A stretch of DNA of 64,000 nucleotides from a bacterium (GCA_963674595.2 CAXXFV010000023.1:384001-448000), one strand, 5' to 3'; counted from the stretch's first letter, positions 31,044-40,723 are shown. The notes: generated by a model not told the origin, from the letters alone. A program made the numbers and translations.

Positions 31044-33293
31044 ATGAACCTTAAACCCTTTTACCTGCTTTTTTTAACATTTTTATTTGCGACATGTTCG
31101 TCACCTAAACTGGATAAAAATGCTTTTTATGTCTCATTGACAGGAAATGATATTTGGTCCGGAACGTCTGCTGATGTCAATGAAACGAAAACAGACGGCC
31201 CCTTCCGTACTCTTCAAAAAGCACAGGAAGCAATTCGTGAACTTAAATCAACAAATACCTGGCCCCAAAACGGGATGACCGTTTATATTCGCGGCGGTGA
31301 ATATGTAATGGAAAAGGGCCTTGAGCTTTTGGACCAGGACAGCGGCACTGAAACAGCACCTGTAAAATGGAAGGCTTTTCCCGGCGAAAAAGTTGTCTTT
31401 TCCGGTGGCAAAGTTATTGATAATTTTAAATCAATAACCGATCCCAAAATTCTCAAACGAGTCTCTGAATCAGCACAAAAAAACATACTGGTAGCCGATC
31501 TTTTTGCTAAAGGCATAGCTGATTTTGGCATTGTGCAAAAACGCAGCAGTATCGGTCTGGAGTTGTTTTATAAAAATGAACGTATGTATATGGCTCGGTA
31601 CCCGAATGAAGGATGGTTGAAGATTGCCGATATTCCGCAATACGGTCCCAAACGATATAACGAAGGTCTGGAACGGGAAAAACGATTCGATGGTGTTCCG
31701 GTGGGCCGCCACTATGGAAAAATTAAATACGACGATAACCGGCCTGCTAATTGGTCCGGTGATAACGAAATTTATATGCAGGGCTATTGGACCTGGGATT
31801 GGAACGATTCTTTTGAAAAAGTAAAAAAAATCGACAAAAAACGACAGCTTGTTTATTTTGAAGAACCATTTCATCATTACGGCTATACAAAAAACCAGCG
31901 TTATTACTATATGAATATTTTGGAAGAACTTGATTCACCGGGTGAATGGGTGTTAAACCGGGAAGCCGGTCTTTTATATTTTTGGCCGCCGGATTCTTTT
32001 AAAACCGGAGATATGGTTGTTTCGCTTTTAACTGACCCCTTTGTGACCATGAAAGGCTGTGAAAACGTTTTGTTTGAAAATATTCAATTCGCATTTTCCA
32101 GAGGTAATGGAATTGTTATGGAGGATGGAAAAAACAACAAGATTGCAGGGTGTCAATTTTATTGTTTGGGTGACCATGCCGTTTTGATTAAAGGCGGATC
32201 AAATAATGGTGTTACAAGTTCGGACATATATCAGGTCGCATTAGGCGGAATATATATAAATAGTGGTGACAGAGCCTCGTTGACCCCTGCCGGAAATTAT
32301 GCCGTCAATAACCATATTCATCATTACAGTAATCTGGTACGAACCTATCAATGGGCTATTGATGTGACCGGTGTCGGAAACCTGGTTGCGCACAACCATA
32401 TTCACGATGCGCCCCACGAAGCCATGCATGTGTCAGGCAATGAGCATATTATAGAGTATAATGATGTTCATGATGTTGTTAAAGAAACCGGTGATTCCGG
32501 TGCACTGCATACAGGTCGGGACTGGACCTGGCGCGGCAATATCATTCGTTACAATTATTGGCATCATCTGACAGGTGCGGGATTGCATGGTGTGATGGGT
32601 GTTTATCTTGATGATTTTTCCAGCGATTTTACTGTATATGGAAATGTTTTTTATAAAGCCGGACGCGCAACTCTCGTTGGTGGCGGCCGGGATAATGTTG
32701 TTGAAAACAATATTTATATCGATTGTCATCCCTCTATTCATCTTGACGCCAGAGGATTAAGCTGGGCACATTATTATTTTACCGGCAAATACCCGGTTCT
32801 GTTTGAAAAAATGGATGAAATGAACTATTCCAAACCTCCCTATAGTGAAAAATACCCCAAATTGCTTGAACTGTATTCCGATGATCCGGCCGTTCCAAAG
32901 GGTAATGTTGTCAGAAGGAATATTTCCTATGGCGGAAGATGGCTGGATGTTTATGATTTTCTCGATTTTGATTTTTCCGTGGTTACCATGGAAGACAATA
33001 TTATTGCTGATGACGATGTTTGGCGGCGTCGTAATAAGGACCAGACAGGACCGGATCCTTATTATTTAAACATAGATATTCAGGAAGGTTATGATCTGTT
33101 AAAAAATGATGAGAACATTGGAAAAGAGTTAAAAAATAATATTTTTGTCAAGGGAAATCCTGGTTTTGAAAATATTGAACAAGAGGATTTTCGGTTGACT
33201 AAAGCGTCGCGCGCAAAGGAGATAGGTTTTGAACCTATTCCTTTTGATAAAATTGGATTATACAAAGACGAATATAGAAAAGTAATTGATTGA
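31044..33293 (+). CDS. Lipoprotein with right-handed parallel beta-helix (GH141/lyase-like)
   Basis: Lipobox FATC, FYVS..GND.WSG, GPFRTL, ARYPN, ELDSPGEW, repeated N-x-I-H/N..N.I turns, DSGALH, GVYLDD. Confidence 0.8.
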   Translation: MNLKPFYLLFLTFLFATCSSPKLDKNAFYVSLTGNDIWSGTSADVNETKTDGPFRTLQKAQEAIRELKSTNTWPQNGMTVYIRGGEYVMEKGLELLDQDSGTETAPVKWKAFPGEKVVFSGGKVIDNFKSITDPKILKRVSESAQKNILVADLFAKGIADFGIVQKRSSIGLELFYKNERMYMARYPNEGWLKIADIPQYGPKRYNEGLEREKRFDGVPVGRHYGKIKYDDNRPANWSGDNEIYMQGYWTWDWNDSFEKVKKIDKKRQLVYFEEPFHHYGYTKNQRYYYMNILEELDSPGEWVLNREAGLLYFWPPDSFKTGDMVVSLLTDPFVTMKGCENVLFENIQFAFSRGNGIVMEDGKNNKIAGCQFYCLGDHAVLIKGGSNNGVTSSDIYQVALGGIYINSGDRASLTPAGNYAVNNHIHHYSNLVRTYQWAIDVTGVGNLVAHNHIHDAPHEAMHVSGNEHIIEYNDVHDVVKETGDSGALHTGRDWTWRGNIIRYNYWHHLTGAGLHGVMGVYLDDFSSDFTVYGNVFYKAGRATLVGGGRDNVVENNIYIDCHPSIHLDARGLSWAHYYFTGKYPVLFEKMDEMNYSKPPYSEKYPKLLELYSDDPAVPKGNVVRRNISYGGRWLDVYDFLDFDFSVVTMEDNIIADDDVWRRRNKDQTGPDPYYLNIDIQEGYDLLKNDENIGKELKNNIFVKGNPGFENIEQEDFRLTKASRAKEIGFEPIPFDKIGLYKDEYRKVID

Positions 33294-33296
33294 TAT

Positions 33297-33329
33297 AAAA
33301 AAAGGGCGCTTTCACAGCGCCCTTTTTTT
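33297..33329. terminator. Bidirectional intrinsic terminator
   Basis: A7-GGGCGCT-TTCAC-AGCGCCC-T7 between convergent genes. Confidence 0.92.
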
Positions 33330-33340
33330 ATGGAAATAAT

Positions 33341-34522
33341 TTATCTTGGCCAGCGGTCTTTTAATTCCGGTAATTTTGGATACTGTGCGTGGGGTTCCTG
33401 TTGATACCAAAATCCAACAGATGAAATGTCATCTGCCAGCGGTCTATAACCGCCGGGTTTACCGGGATACCACCCCAGGGCCTGAATTGTCACTTTTAGA
33501 TCTTTATGAAAATGAATCGGATCCATGATATGCCAGCGATACAGGCTCCATTTTCTTGGTCCGTCACCTTCCTGCTTGCCCAATGTAGTTCCCGCATAAG
33601 CTGTGCTGTATACCTCAGGAAATCCCCAACTGCCGCAGAAATAATCTTCCGTGCCCGTGCCGCAAATGGTTGGAAATTTTTTATCACCATCGATAAAAAA
33701 TTTAATTTCGCCTTCTCCAAACCAGCGGCTGTGAAGTTGTGTCCACGCCAGAAATGTACCGACATACTTGCCTTTGCCTTTTATATTATCCAAAATTGTG
33801 TATTCAGGGTTATCGGGATCGACAACAGCCCGACGCCACTGTGCATGGAAATAGGCCGCATTTTCAGGAATATCTGTTTTAATACCTGTGATTTGATAGG
33901 TAAACAGTCGAAGCGCTTTGTCGTTATCGTTCGTCAAGGTGATTTTTGCGTGTTTTTTAAAGGGCATGGGCCAGTAACAATTTAATGCCGATTTTGGATT
34001 AACAATGACAGGTAAAGAGTTCACCGGAGCAAAAAGATCGTGTCCAACGGCAAAAAAATCTGTCATCGGCACTTCAATGGATGGTTCTGTCTCATTGTCC
34101 CAATAAAAACGTAAAATACATCCCCGGCCATTTCCTTCCCAATTATTATCAGAAGTCATCCAAATATGTTGAATGATTCCCGGTCCTTCAAAATCCATAA
34201 TTGTGACTGTTTCTCCGGCTGCTGGTTTGATAAAAGGGCGGACTTTCCAACCCTGTCCCAAATGGGCGGCCCGGTCTGAAAATATTAAATCCGGATCATC
34301 CGGATTGGGTATGGCCATTCCACCTTTTCCTTTTTCTCCGGTTGGATTTTCAGGTGAAATTGAAAAGGATTCTGCATCGGATAAAAAGGGAAGAGAACCT
34401 AAACTGAAATCAGAATTTGAGTTTACATGGAGTTTGTTAGTTTGGCTAAAAGATACACTTGATAATAAAAGAAAAGGAAGGAGGATTAAGAATATTCGTT
34501 TTTTCACTGGGATTCCTTTCAT
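33341..34522 (-). CDS. GH172 (DUF2961) family glycoside hydrolase
   Basis: SISPENPTGEKGKGG, GPGIIQHIW, NCYWPMPF, YFHAQWRR, WFGEGE, GTGTEDYF, YRWHI.DP. Confidence 0.9.
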   Translation of the reverse strand: MKGIPVKKRIFLILLPFLLLSSVSFSQTNKLHVNSNSDFSLGSLPFLSDAESFSISPENPTGEKGKGGMAIPNPDDPDLIFSDRAAHLGQGWKVRPFIKPAAGETVTIMDFEGPGIIQHIWMTSDNNWEGNGRGCILRFYWDNETEPSIEVPMTDFFAVGHDLFAPVNSLPVIVNPKSALNCYWPMPFKKHAKITLTNDNDKALRLFTYQITGIKTDIPENAAYFHAQWRRAVVDPDNPEYTILDNIKGKGKYVGTFLAWTQLHSRWFGEGEIKFFIDGDKKFPTICGTGTEDYFCGSWGFPEVYSTAYAGTTLGKQEGDGPRKWSLYRWHIMDPIHFHKDLKVTIQALGWYPGKPGGYRPLADDISSVGFWYQQEPHAQYPKLPELKDRWPR

Positions 34523-34598
34523 GTTTTTAATGAAATGAACTGTTAAAAGGTGCCTTTTAATCAGAGTAATATGACCTATTGTGGATAAAAAAACAATA

Positions 34599-35333
34599 CT
34601 ATTTTACCCATGTTATTGCCTGATATACCAATTGACGATAATTATCATTTTCAAATGCCTGGTGACCGTGTCCGGGCTGAATATACACTATTTTCGAATT
34701 CTTGTATTGATGCGCCCAACCGATTATTTTATCACTTTCAGGGTGATCGGTAGTGAGCAAAATCTGCACATCAGGTTCGACTTTGTAATGACTGTAAACC
34801 TCATCATAAATATCAAAAGATTTGATACCTTTGGTTACTGAATGTTTGGTATTTTTAATGTTTATTCGAACATTTACATCATGTTTATAATCTGATAGTA
34901 AACTGTCCGGTGTTGTTTCTAATTTTAATATATAACGCCCACCTATAATGTATTCAAACTCTTCCCATGTTTGATAAGAAGCCAGGGAATGGTGCAGAAA
35001 AACCATTCCTTTGCCTTTTTTTAAAAGAGCTGTTAGTGCCTGTTTTTGAGTGTCAGAGATTTCCTGAACCATATCATAAAAAACAAGAACATCATATTTC
35101 TTTATTTCAGGTGAACCGTATATCTCATTTGCCTCCGGTTGGGCCATGTTTGTGTATGATATATCGGGCATATTTTTAAACATATTGAAAAAAGGCCCAT
35201 TTTCAAAATCATGACCGCCGGTGATAATTAAAATATTTGTTTTATTCGAACATGCAGAGAAAAGCAGAAACAAAAACAACATGGTAAGGATTTTGTAATC
35301 CCGGATAAAATGAATCATTGTTTTAACTTCCAT
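34599..35333 (-). CDS. ThuA-like domain lipoprotein
   Basis: Lipobox FSAC, ITGGHDF, YDM, G.GMVFLHH, DEVY, QPGHG. Confidence 0.85.
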   Translation of the reverse strand: MEVKTMIHFIRDYKILTMLFLFLLFSACSNKTNILIITGGHDFENGPFFNMFKNMPDISYTNMAQPEANEIYGSPEIKKYDVLVFYDMVQEISDTQKQALTALLKKGKGMVFLHHSLASYQTWEEFEYIIGGRYILKLETTPDSLLSDYKHDVNVRINIKNTKHSVTKGIKSFDIYDEVYSHYKVEPDVQILLTTDHPESDKIIGWAHQYKNSKIVYIQPGHGHQAFENDNYRQLVYQAITWVK

Positions 35334-35362
35334 TATTTTTCCTCCGATTAAATATAGTTATT

Positions 35363-36589
35363 TTATTCGGTGTTTTGATTTTTATTCAAGATACGTTGTA
35401 AACTTTTCATGTTCATCATCAGGAATCGGGGTTGATGAAAATTTCCGCGTCTCATGGGATGAACACCATTTTTTTCTCTGGATAACGGTTCTCCGAATCG
35501 GTCGACGGCCTGTTCCCAGGCGCCGATACCACGACATATCTTTTTCTTTACATAATCCCAGGTTTTATCATAATAGTCTCTGGCCCAATATTCGTCACAG
35601 TGTTCACGGACCATCATACAACCGATTAAAATTTCCGTATGTGCCCACATTGTTTTTAAATTATAATCCGGTCCCTGGAATGTATCCGGACCGCCGAATA
35701 CATGGTAATCGCCGCTTCCCCAGCCGTCAAAAACATGGTCCCAGCCCATATCAAGATAGCGGTGAAAATGGTCTTTGGCATCGTTAAACAGTCCTTTGTC
35801 CTGTTTAATCAAGGCCGCTTCCATAACCATCCATTGTGTTTCAAGCGTATGTCCCAAAAACATGGTTTTTTCAACGCCTTTTATTCGGGAGTAATCCCGG
35901 TTCAGCGTTTCATTTGAGATTCGATAGGTCGGATGATAAAAACGTGTCATGATATTTTCAATGTGGTGATTCCACAATTTTGTCAGAGCACTGTCTTGAT
36001 CAAATCTAAGCAACTGTGTTATTACCCACATAAACAACATGGAATGGCCCTGAATTCGCAACCCTTCATCGGGTGTACCTTTTCGGTAATTTGGATTTTC
36101 ATAGGCCTGGTCTGCTGTGTGAATGGATAATTTGGCCAGTTCCAGATCCTTTTCATTTTTAGTCGCCAGATAATATTCAATCAAACCGCTTGCGGCAAAC
36201 AGCCATCCGTAAATATCTGCTGATGGTTTGTCCGGTTTGGTGATGTTGCCGTTTGTGTCGGCCATTTTGTGCCAGCGTCCGTTTCCGGCATACATGTGGT
36301 TGACGAGAAAATCATGCAAACGATCGGCAATCTCCAGATATTTTGGGTCTTGACCGAAATTATTATACAAATATGAATACACCCAAAGTGCGCGCGACTG
36401 ATACCAGATAAAAACCTGGTCGTCTACCGGAACACCGTTTGTTTCCAGATGGCACTGGAAGCCGCCTTTTTGCGGATTAAACGCATGGGGATGCCAGAAC
36501 GGTAAATATTCAATATATAACCGGGATGTCAGTTCGTCCAGATGGTTTTGTAACGAAACGCCGGCAATTAAATTATCTTGTTTTAACAT
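35363..36589 (-). CDS. AGE family epimerase/isomerase (N-acylglucosamine 2-epimerase-like)
   Basis: LPFW...GGF, WYQSRALW.YS, GHSML, GHTLE..W, GWD..F.G, K.MWAHTE, FHQPR. Confidence 0.85.
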   Translation of the reverse strand: MLKQDNLIAGVSLQNHLDELTSRLYIEYLPFWHPHAFNPQKGGFQCHLETNGVPVDDQVFIWYQSRALWVYSYLYNNFGQDPKYLEIADRLHDFLVNHMYAGNGRWHKMADTNGNITKPDKPSADIYGWLFAASGLIEYYLATKNEKDLELAKLSIHTADQAYENPNYRKGTPDEGLRIQGHSMLFMWVITQLLRFDQDSALTKLWNHHIENIMTRFYHPTYRISNETLNRDYSRIKGVEKTMFLGHTLETQWMVMEAALIKQDKGLFNDAKDHFHRYLDMGWDHVFDGWGSGDYHVFGGPDTFQGPDYNLKTMWAHTEILIGCMMVREHCDEYWARDYYDKTWDYVKKKICRGIGAWEQAVDRFGEPLSREKNGVHPMRRGNFHQPRFLMMNMKSLQRILNKNQNTE

Positions 36590-36598
36590 GAGAATTCC

Positions 36599-36967
36599 TT
36601 ACGATATTGGTTGATAATTTGACAAATCATCTTTGATAGAGTATTTTAAAGTACAGCAATAAAAGTAAAAGGACGCAAGAGAAAAACCACGCATTACCAT
36701 TTCCCACACATGGTTTTCGACCAGAAACAAATCAACCAGCAAAGGTGGGCAGGTAAAAAGGAAAAAAACAGCTATCCAGCCGTATTTTTTAAGCTCATAG
36801 AGCGTTTTTAACATATACGGAGTAAATACCAGCGCCGCACCAATAAAGATATATAATGAAAGAAGACCTATAACATGGTGTAAAATAAATATAGTGACAC
36901 TACTTAATTCATAAGTCAGCCAATAGTTTAACTTTTTCAGTTTTAGTAATTTCTGTTTGCTGGCCAT
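36599..36967 (-). CDS. Small hypothetical membrane protein
   Basis: 122 aa with 3-4 hydrophobic segments; AGGA RBS; first gene of a minus-strand run. Confidence 0.6.
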   Translation of the reverse strand: MASKQKLLKLKKLNYWLTYELSSVTIFILHHVIGLLSLYIFIGAALVFTPYMLKTLYELKKYGWIAVFFLFTCPPLLVDLFLVENHVWEMVMRGFSLASFYFYCCTLKYSIKDDLSNYQPIS

Positions 36968-37141
36968 TTCCTGTCCCTGAGTTACTGAAAAGCGTGATCA
37001 ATTGTTTTTTAATAGTATACTTTGTTTTCCTCTTAACTTGTATATAAAATTTCTTACCGTATATTACAACTTTATCGTTAAAAAACAAGCTGGAAAAATT
37101 ATTTTTGAGTAGTGGAGATTAAGAGGGGAGAGTAGATAATA

Positions 37142-37171
37142 AAAAAGCCTCTAATTTTATAGAGGCTTTTT
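37142..37171 (-). terminator. Terminator downstream of tRNA-Arg
   Basis: AAAAAGCCTCTA / TAGAGGCTTTTT perfect inverted repeat immediately 3' of the tRNA. Confidence 0.85.
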
Positions 37172-37173
37172 AG

Positions 37174-37247
<74 letters not shown>

Positions 37248-37603
37248 AAGATTTTATTGACTTTTGTTTTTAAGATACCTGCATATTTCAAGATATCTGG
37301 TAGAAAAGTCATTAGAAAATTAATTTAGCACAATTATAATTAAAATTCAAGATAAAATTATTTTATTCTGTTACTTTTTATCTTTAAAATTCCAATTTCA
37401 CGGGGACTAAATATTAAAATTTATATCGTGATAACAGCCTCTTTTATCCCTTTATTTTAGTATATATTGATAAAAGTATCATAATATTATGGGAATGATT
37501 TCCTTTTATGATTTTTTAATGTTAATCCAAAACGAGGATTTATTATTCAAGCTTTCAGATCGTGTAATTGATAATTAACTTTATCCGATCAAACTTAAAT
37601 ATA

Positions 37604-37632
37604 TTGACAGGACCGTTCGAAAAGAGCATGAT
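37604..37632 (+). promoter_or_regulatory. Putative sigma70 promoter for leader ORF and TonB receptor
   Basis: TTGACA-N17-CATGAT. Confidence 0.55.
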
Positions 37633-37745
37633 CTGTTGATTTTTAAGGAATGAACTTTAGCAAACAAGAGTTGTAAGTAAGTGTTGGAAAATTGAATATT
37701 TTTTTTAACATTAAGGTCGAAACGAGATAAAAAAATAAAGAGAAT

Positions 37746-38063
37746 ATGTTTACAACAATTCAAAACAAATCTTTTAAAAATCATGCATATCTTCTGATTG
37801 CGTTCGCCTGCCTTTTGCTTCTGTTAAGTGCAGGGCAGGATTTGTTTCACAATCACGAACCCGATTCCAAGACACACCAGGATTGTCCTGCCCATCAGAT
37901 TTATCTCATGTTGAGTGCAGCAATTGTGTGCGACTGTGCGTATTGGCTTTTTTATCTCATTGCCCTCATTGTCAAATGGATTTTTCGCCTGGCGAAATAT
38001 TCAATCTCTTATACTTTACATCATTCCCGCGCTCCGCCCTTTCAATTAATGAAAATTGCATAG
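37746..38063 (+). CDS. Putative metal-sensing leader/arrest peptide (DUF2946/CruR/CutF-like)
   Basis: N-terminal hydrophobic segment, HNH...HQDCPAH, second hydrophobic segment with CDC, HHSRAPP near the C-terminus; stop 38 nt before the TBDR start. Confidence 0.75.
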   Translation: MFTTIQNKSFKNHAYLLIAFACLLLLLSAGQDLFHNHEPDSKTHQDCPAHQIYLMLSAAIVCDCAYWLFYLIALIVKWIFRLAKYSISYTLHHSRAPPFQLMKIA

Positions 38064-38093
38064 ATCTAAAAAATTTTTCAAAAATTGAAAGGG
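38037..38093 (+). promoter_or_regulatory. mRNA hairpin sequestering the Shine-Dalgarno of the TonB-dependent receptor
   Basis: CCCTTTCAATT (38037-38047) is the exact reverse complement of AATTGAAAGGG (38083-38093). Inner stem TGAAAA (38050-55) / TTTTCA (38075-80). SD GAAAGGGA lies before ATG 38102. Confidence 0.75.
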
Positions 38094-38101
38094 ATGTAAC
38101 C

Positions 38102-40468
38102 ATGTCTTTATATTTTAAAAACTGGTCGTATCTTATTGCCTTTCTATGCCTGTTTTGTATTGTATCTTTGTCGTTCGGCCAGTCGACCTATGGAAGTATA
38201 GAAGGCATAGTTGTGGACAATCACAATAATCCTTTGATTAGTGCTGATATTTTGCTGCCAGCTTTGGAACGCGGGGCAAGCACCAATCGAGAAGGGAAAT
38301 TTCAAATCAAACAAATCCCTGCAGGGACTTTTAAAGTTGTTGCCCGATATATTGGATATCAATCAATAACACAAGATATTACGGTTGTCGGTGGAAAATC
38401 CAGCCAGATGCAATTTTCGCTTCACCAATCTGTGCTGGAATCGGAACCTATTGTGGTAACCGGAAGCCCAATTGCGTCTGATCCATTAAGTTCTCCTCAA
38501 GACATAAACTATATATCCGGACGAGAAAAGATCCGGCTGCAATCCACATCTCTTGGAAAAACCATCGAATCCATTCCCGGTATTTACAATATGTCTGCCG
38601 GATCGGTGGCAGGAAAGCCTATCATTCGCGGTCAGACAGGTGAACGCATCCGTATCCTGAACGACGGAGTAGCCCAGGAGTATCAGCAGTATGGCGAACG
38701 TCATGCACCTAACCTGGATCCCTTTAATGCAGAGCGGGTGGAAATTATCAAAGGTGCGGCCAGTTTGCTCTATGGTTCCGACGCATTGGGTGGAGCTGTC
38801 AACCTGATTCCCAACCGGTTTCACATGTCTTCCGGCAATGAAGCGGATTTTAACGGTTCGTTTACAAGTGCATGGAATTCGAATAACAATGAGCTGATGA
38901 CGGGTATTAAATTCGGTGCGTCTTCCGGTAATTTAGGATTGACCGGATCGCTGGTGAGGAAAAGCGCCGGCAATTTTCATACACCTGATATAGCAACTTT
39001 TTTGGAAACCGGAAAAAACGGTGATCCGAAATTTACTGATGAAATAGATAATACTGATTTTGATCAGATCAACGGTTCTTTAGCGGCAGGATTATTGACC
39101 AGAGCAGGTCTCTTTTCTGTTCATTATGATCATTATTTTAATGAAAATAATTTTCTTTTACCTGCCGGAACGCCTATCGGGCTGAGGCTTGAGAACCAAA
39201 CTATTTTTACCAAGGGCAATATGCCCATGGGGCGTTTTATTTTTAAACCAAAGTTGAGCTTCCAACGCAATCACCGTCAGGCAGCCAAAGCCGGACAGTC
39301 ACGTGATGTATTGCCTGACTCGGCTGTTGTAGATTTAGTACTGGATGTGTATACCGCCCGTTTTGACGTTGAGCATATTGACATTTCCCGTTTTTCCGGA
39401 ACAGTCGGTGTGGAAGCTAAATATTATGATCATGAAAATAACGGTAAGGTACCTCTTCAACCGACCGGACATTTTACCAATATTGCCATGTTCGGATTTG
39501 AAGAGTGGCAGGCGGAAGAACTCACTTTGAATTTCGGGGCGCGCTTTGATCATCGTTCCCAAAAATTCATTGCGTCGTCTTCCAATCCTTTGTTGCCGGT
39601 AGACGATGAAAAAACCTTTTCGTCTTTTTCCGGCGCTTTGGGAGCTTCTTATAAATTATCGACTATGTTGACACTGGCCGCAAACCTGGGTCGGGGATTC
39701 AGAACGCCCAGTTTTTATAATATGTATGTTTACGGCTACCATGGAGGTGTTTTCGCCTATCAAATCGGTAATCCGGATTTAAAGAATGAAACATCGCTGG
39801 ATATGAGCGCCTCGCTGAGACTGCGCAGCCGGCGTGTTGAAGCCTCGGCAACGGTCTTTCAGAATAGAATTAATAATTATATTTTTCTGTATAATGCACC
39901 TAATCATGAACTGGCACCAGGGGGAGAAACCTTTGTTTTTGCCCACGATCAGGCTGATGCGGTGCTTACCGGTTTCGATATAAGTATCAGCGCTACCGTA
40001 TTGGACTGGCTGGTCCTCAGCGCCAACGGATCGACGATTCGCAGTGATTTTGCCAGCGGACCTCATGATGGAAATGAACTTCCATTGATGCCGGCAGATC
40101 GTGTCTGTACGCAAGCTCGATTCCTGCTGCCCGGTACATCCGTTTTTCATTCTCCTTATATTCTGTTTAATTTAAAACATGTAGGAGACAAGGATGCTGC
40201 CGGTATTTACGAACCCTTTGGTCAGTTTGATGATGGTATCGGTCCAAATATTCCTTTTGGTGTGGCTTCTACAAAAGCTTATACCGTATTAAATGCCGGA
40301 TTTGGTTTTGATTTAAATATTTCGAAACGATTCATTAACATAGACCTGGAAATCACTAATTTGCTGGATAATGATTATAGAGATTTTCTGGATACGTATA
40401 AAGGCTATACCCTGGCACCTGGCCGGAGTGTAAATTTAAAATGTAATGTGGCTTTGAATAGTAATTAA
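38102..40468 (+). CDS. TonB-dependent receptor, probably a metal transporter
   Basis: Signal peptide, carboxypeptidase-regulatory-like N-domain, IVVTG, plug KPIIRGQ.GER...ERVEIIKGAASLLYGSDALGGAVN, GFRTP, GNPDLKNE, NLLD..Y...PGRS. Confidence 0.93.
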   Translation: MSLYFKNWSYLIAFLCLFCIVSLSFGQSTYGSIEGIVVDNHNNPLISADILLPALERGASTNREGKFQIKQIPAGTFKVVARYIGYQSITQDITVVGGKSSQMQFSLHQSVLESEPIVVTGSPIASDPLSSPQDINYISGREKIRLQSTSLGKTIESIPGIYNMSAGSVAGKPIIRGQTGERIRILNDGVAQEYQQYGERHAPNLDPFNAERVEIIKGAASLLYGSDALGGAVNLIPNRFHMSSGNEADFNGSFTSAWNSNNNELMTGIKFGASSGNLGLTGSLVRKSAGNFHTPDIATFLETGKNGDPKFTDEIDNTDFDQINGSLAAGLLTRAGLFSVHYDHYFNENNFLLPAGTPIGLRLENQTIFTKGNMPMGRFIFKPKLSFQRNHRQAAKAGQSRDVLPDSAVVDLVLDVYTARFDVEHIDISRFSGTVGVEAKYYDHENNGKVPLQPTGHFTNIAMFGFEEWQAEELTLNFGARFDHRSQKFIASSSNPLLPVDDEKTFSSFSGALGASYKLSTMLTLAANLGRGFRTPSFYNMYVYGYHGGVFAYQIGNPDLKNETSLDMSASLRLRSRRVEASATVFQNRINNYIFLYNAPNHELAPGGETFVFAHDQADAVLTGFDISISATVLDWLVLSANGSTIRSDFASGPHDGNELPLMPADRVCTQARFLLPGTSVFHSPYILFNLKHVGDKDAAGIYEPFGQFDDGIGPNIPFGVASTKAYTVLNAGFGFDLNISKRFINIDLEITNLLDNDYRDFLDTYKGYTLAPGRSVNLKCNVALNSN

Positions 40469-40530
40469 GTGATATATTATAAAAGCAAATCTTAAATGTT
40501 TCCTGTGATTTGTTTTTTTAATCAGATGAA

Positions 40531-40568
40531 AAGCGTTCGGAGAATCTATCCGGACGTTTTTTATTTTT
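40531..40568 (+). terminator. Intrinsic terminator after TBDR
   Basis: AAGCGTTCGGA / TCCGGACGTTT stem (with G-U pairs) followed by T-rich tail. Confidence 0.7.
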
Positions 40569-40686
40569 GATACAGGCTCGAAAAAGTGCTAATGTTCTTT
40601 GGTTCAATGTTTTAATTTATTCCTGTAAACCATTGCTCAAAATTAATTGTTTTAGCCATTATGTTATGCTTTGTATGTTATTAATA

Positions 40687-40723
40687 TGATCGTTTTTGTC
40701 TGTTTTTTGATATTTTGTGACAG
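40687..40723 (+). promoter_or_regulatory. Distal operator array (about 10-bp direct repeats, DeoR type)
   Basis: TGATCGTTTT-TGTCTGTTTT-T-TGATATTTTG-TGACAG, phased at 10-11 bp. Confidence 0.5.

Noticed and set aside
37564-37582. Fur/Zur-box-like TAATTGATAATTAA upstream of the leader promoter
   Set aside because: Poor palindrome in very AT-rich DNA; a chance match is likely.
37883-38101. 73-codon N-terminal extension of the TBDR in the ORF track (TTG start at 37883)
   Set aside because: It overlaps the RAPP leader in another frame. The signal peptide and SD point to ATG 38102.
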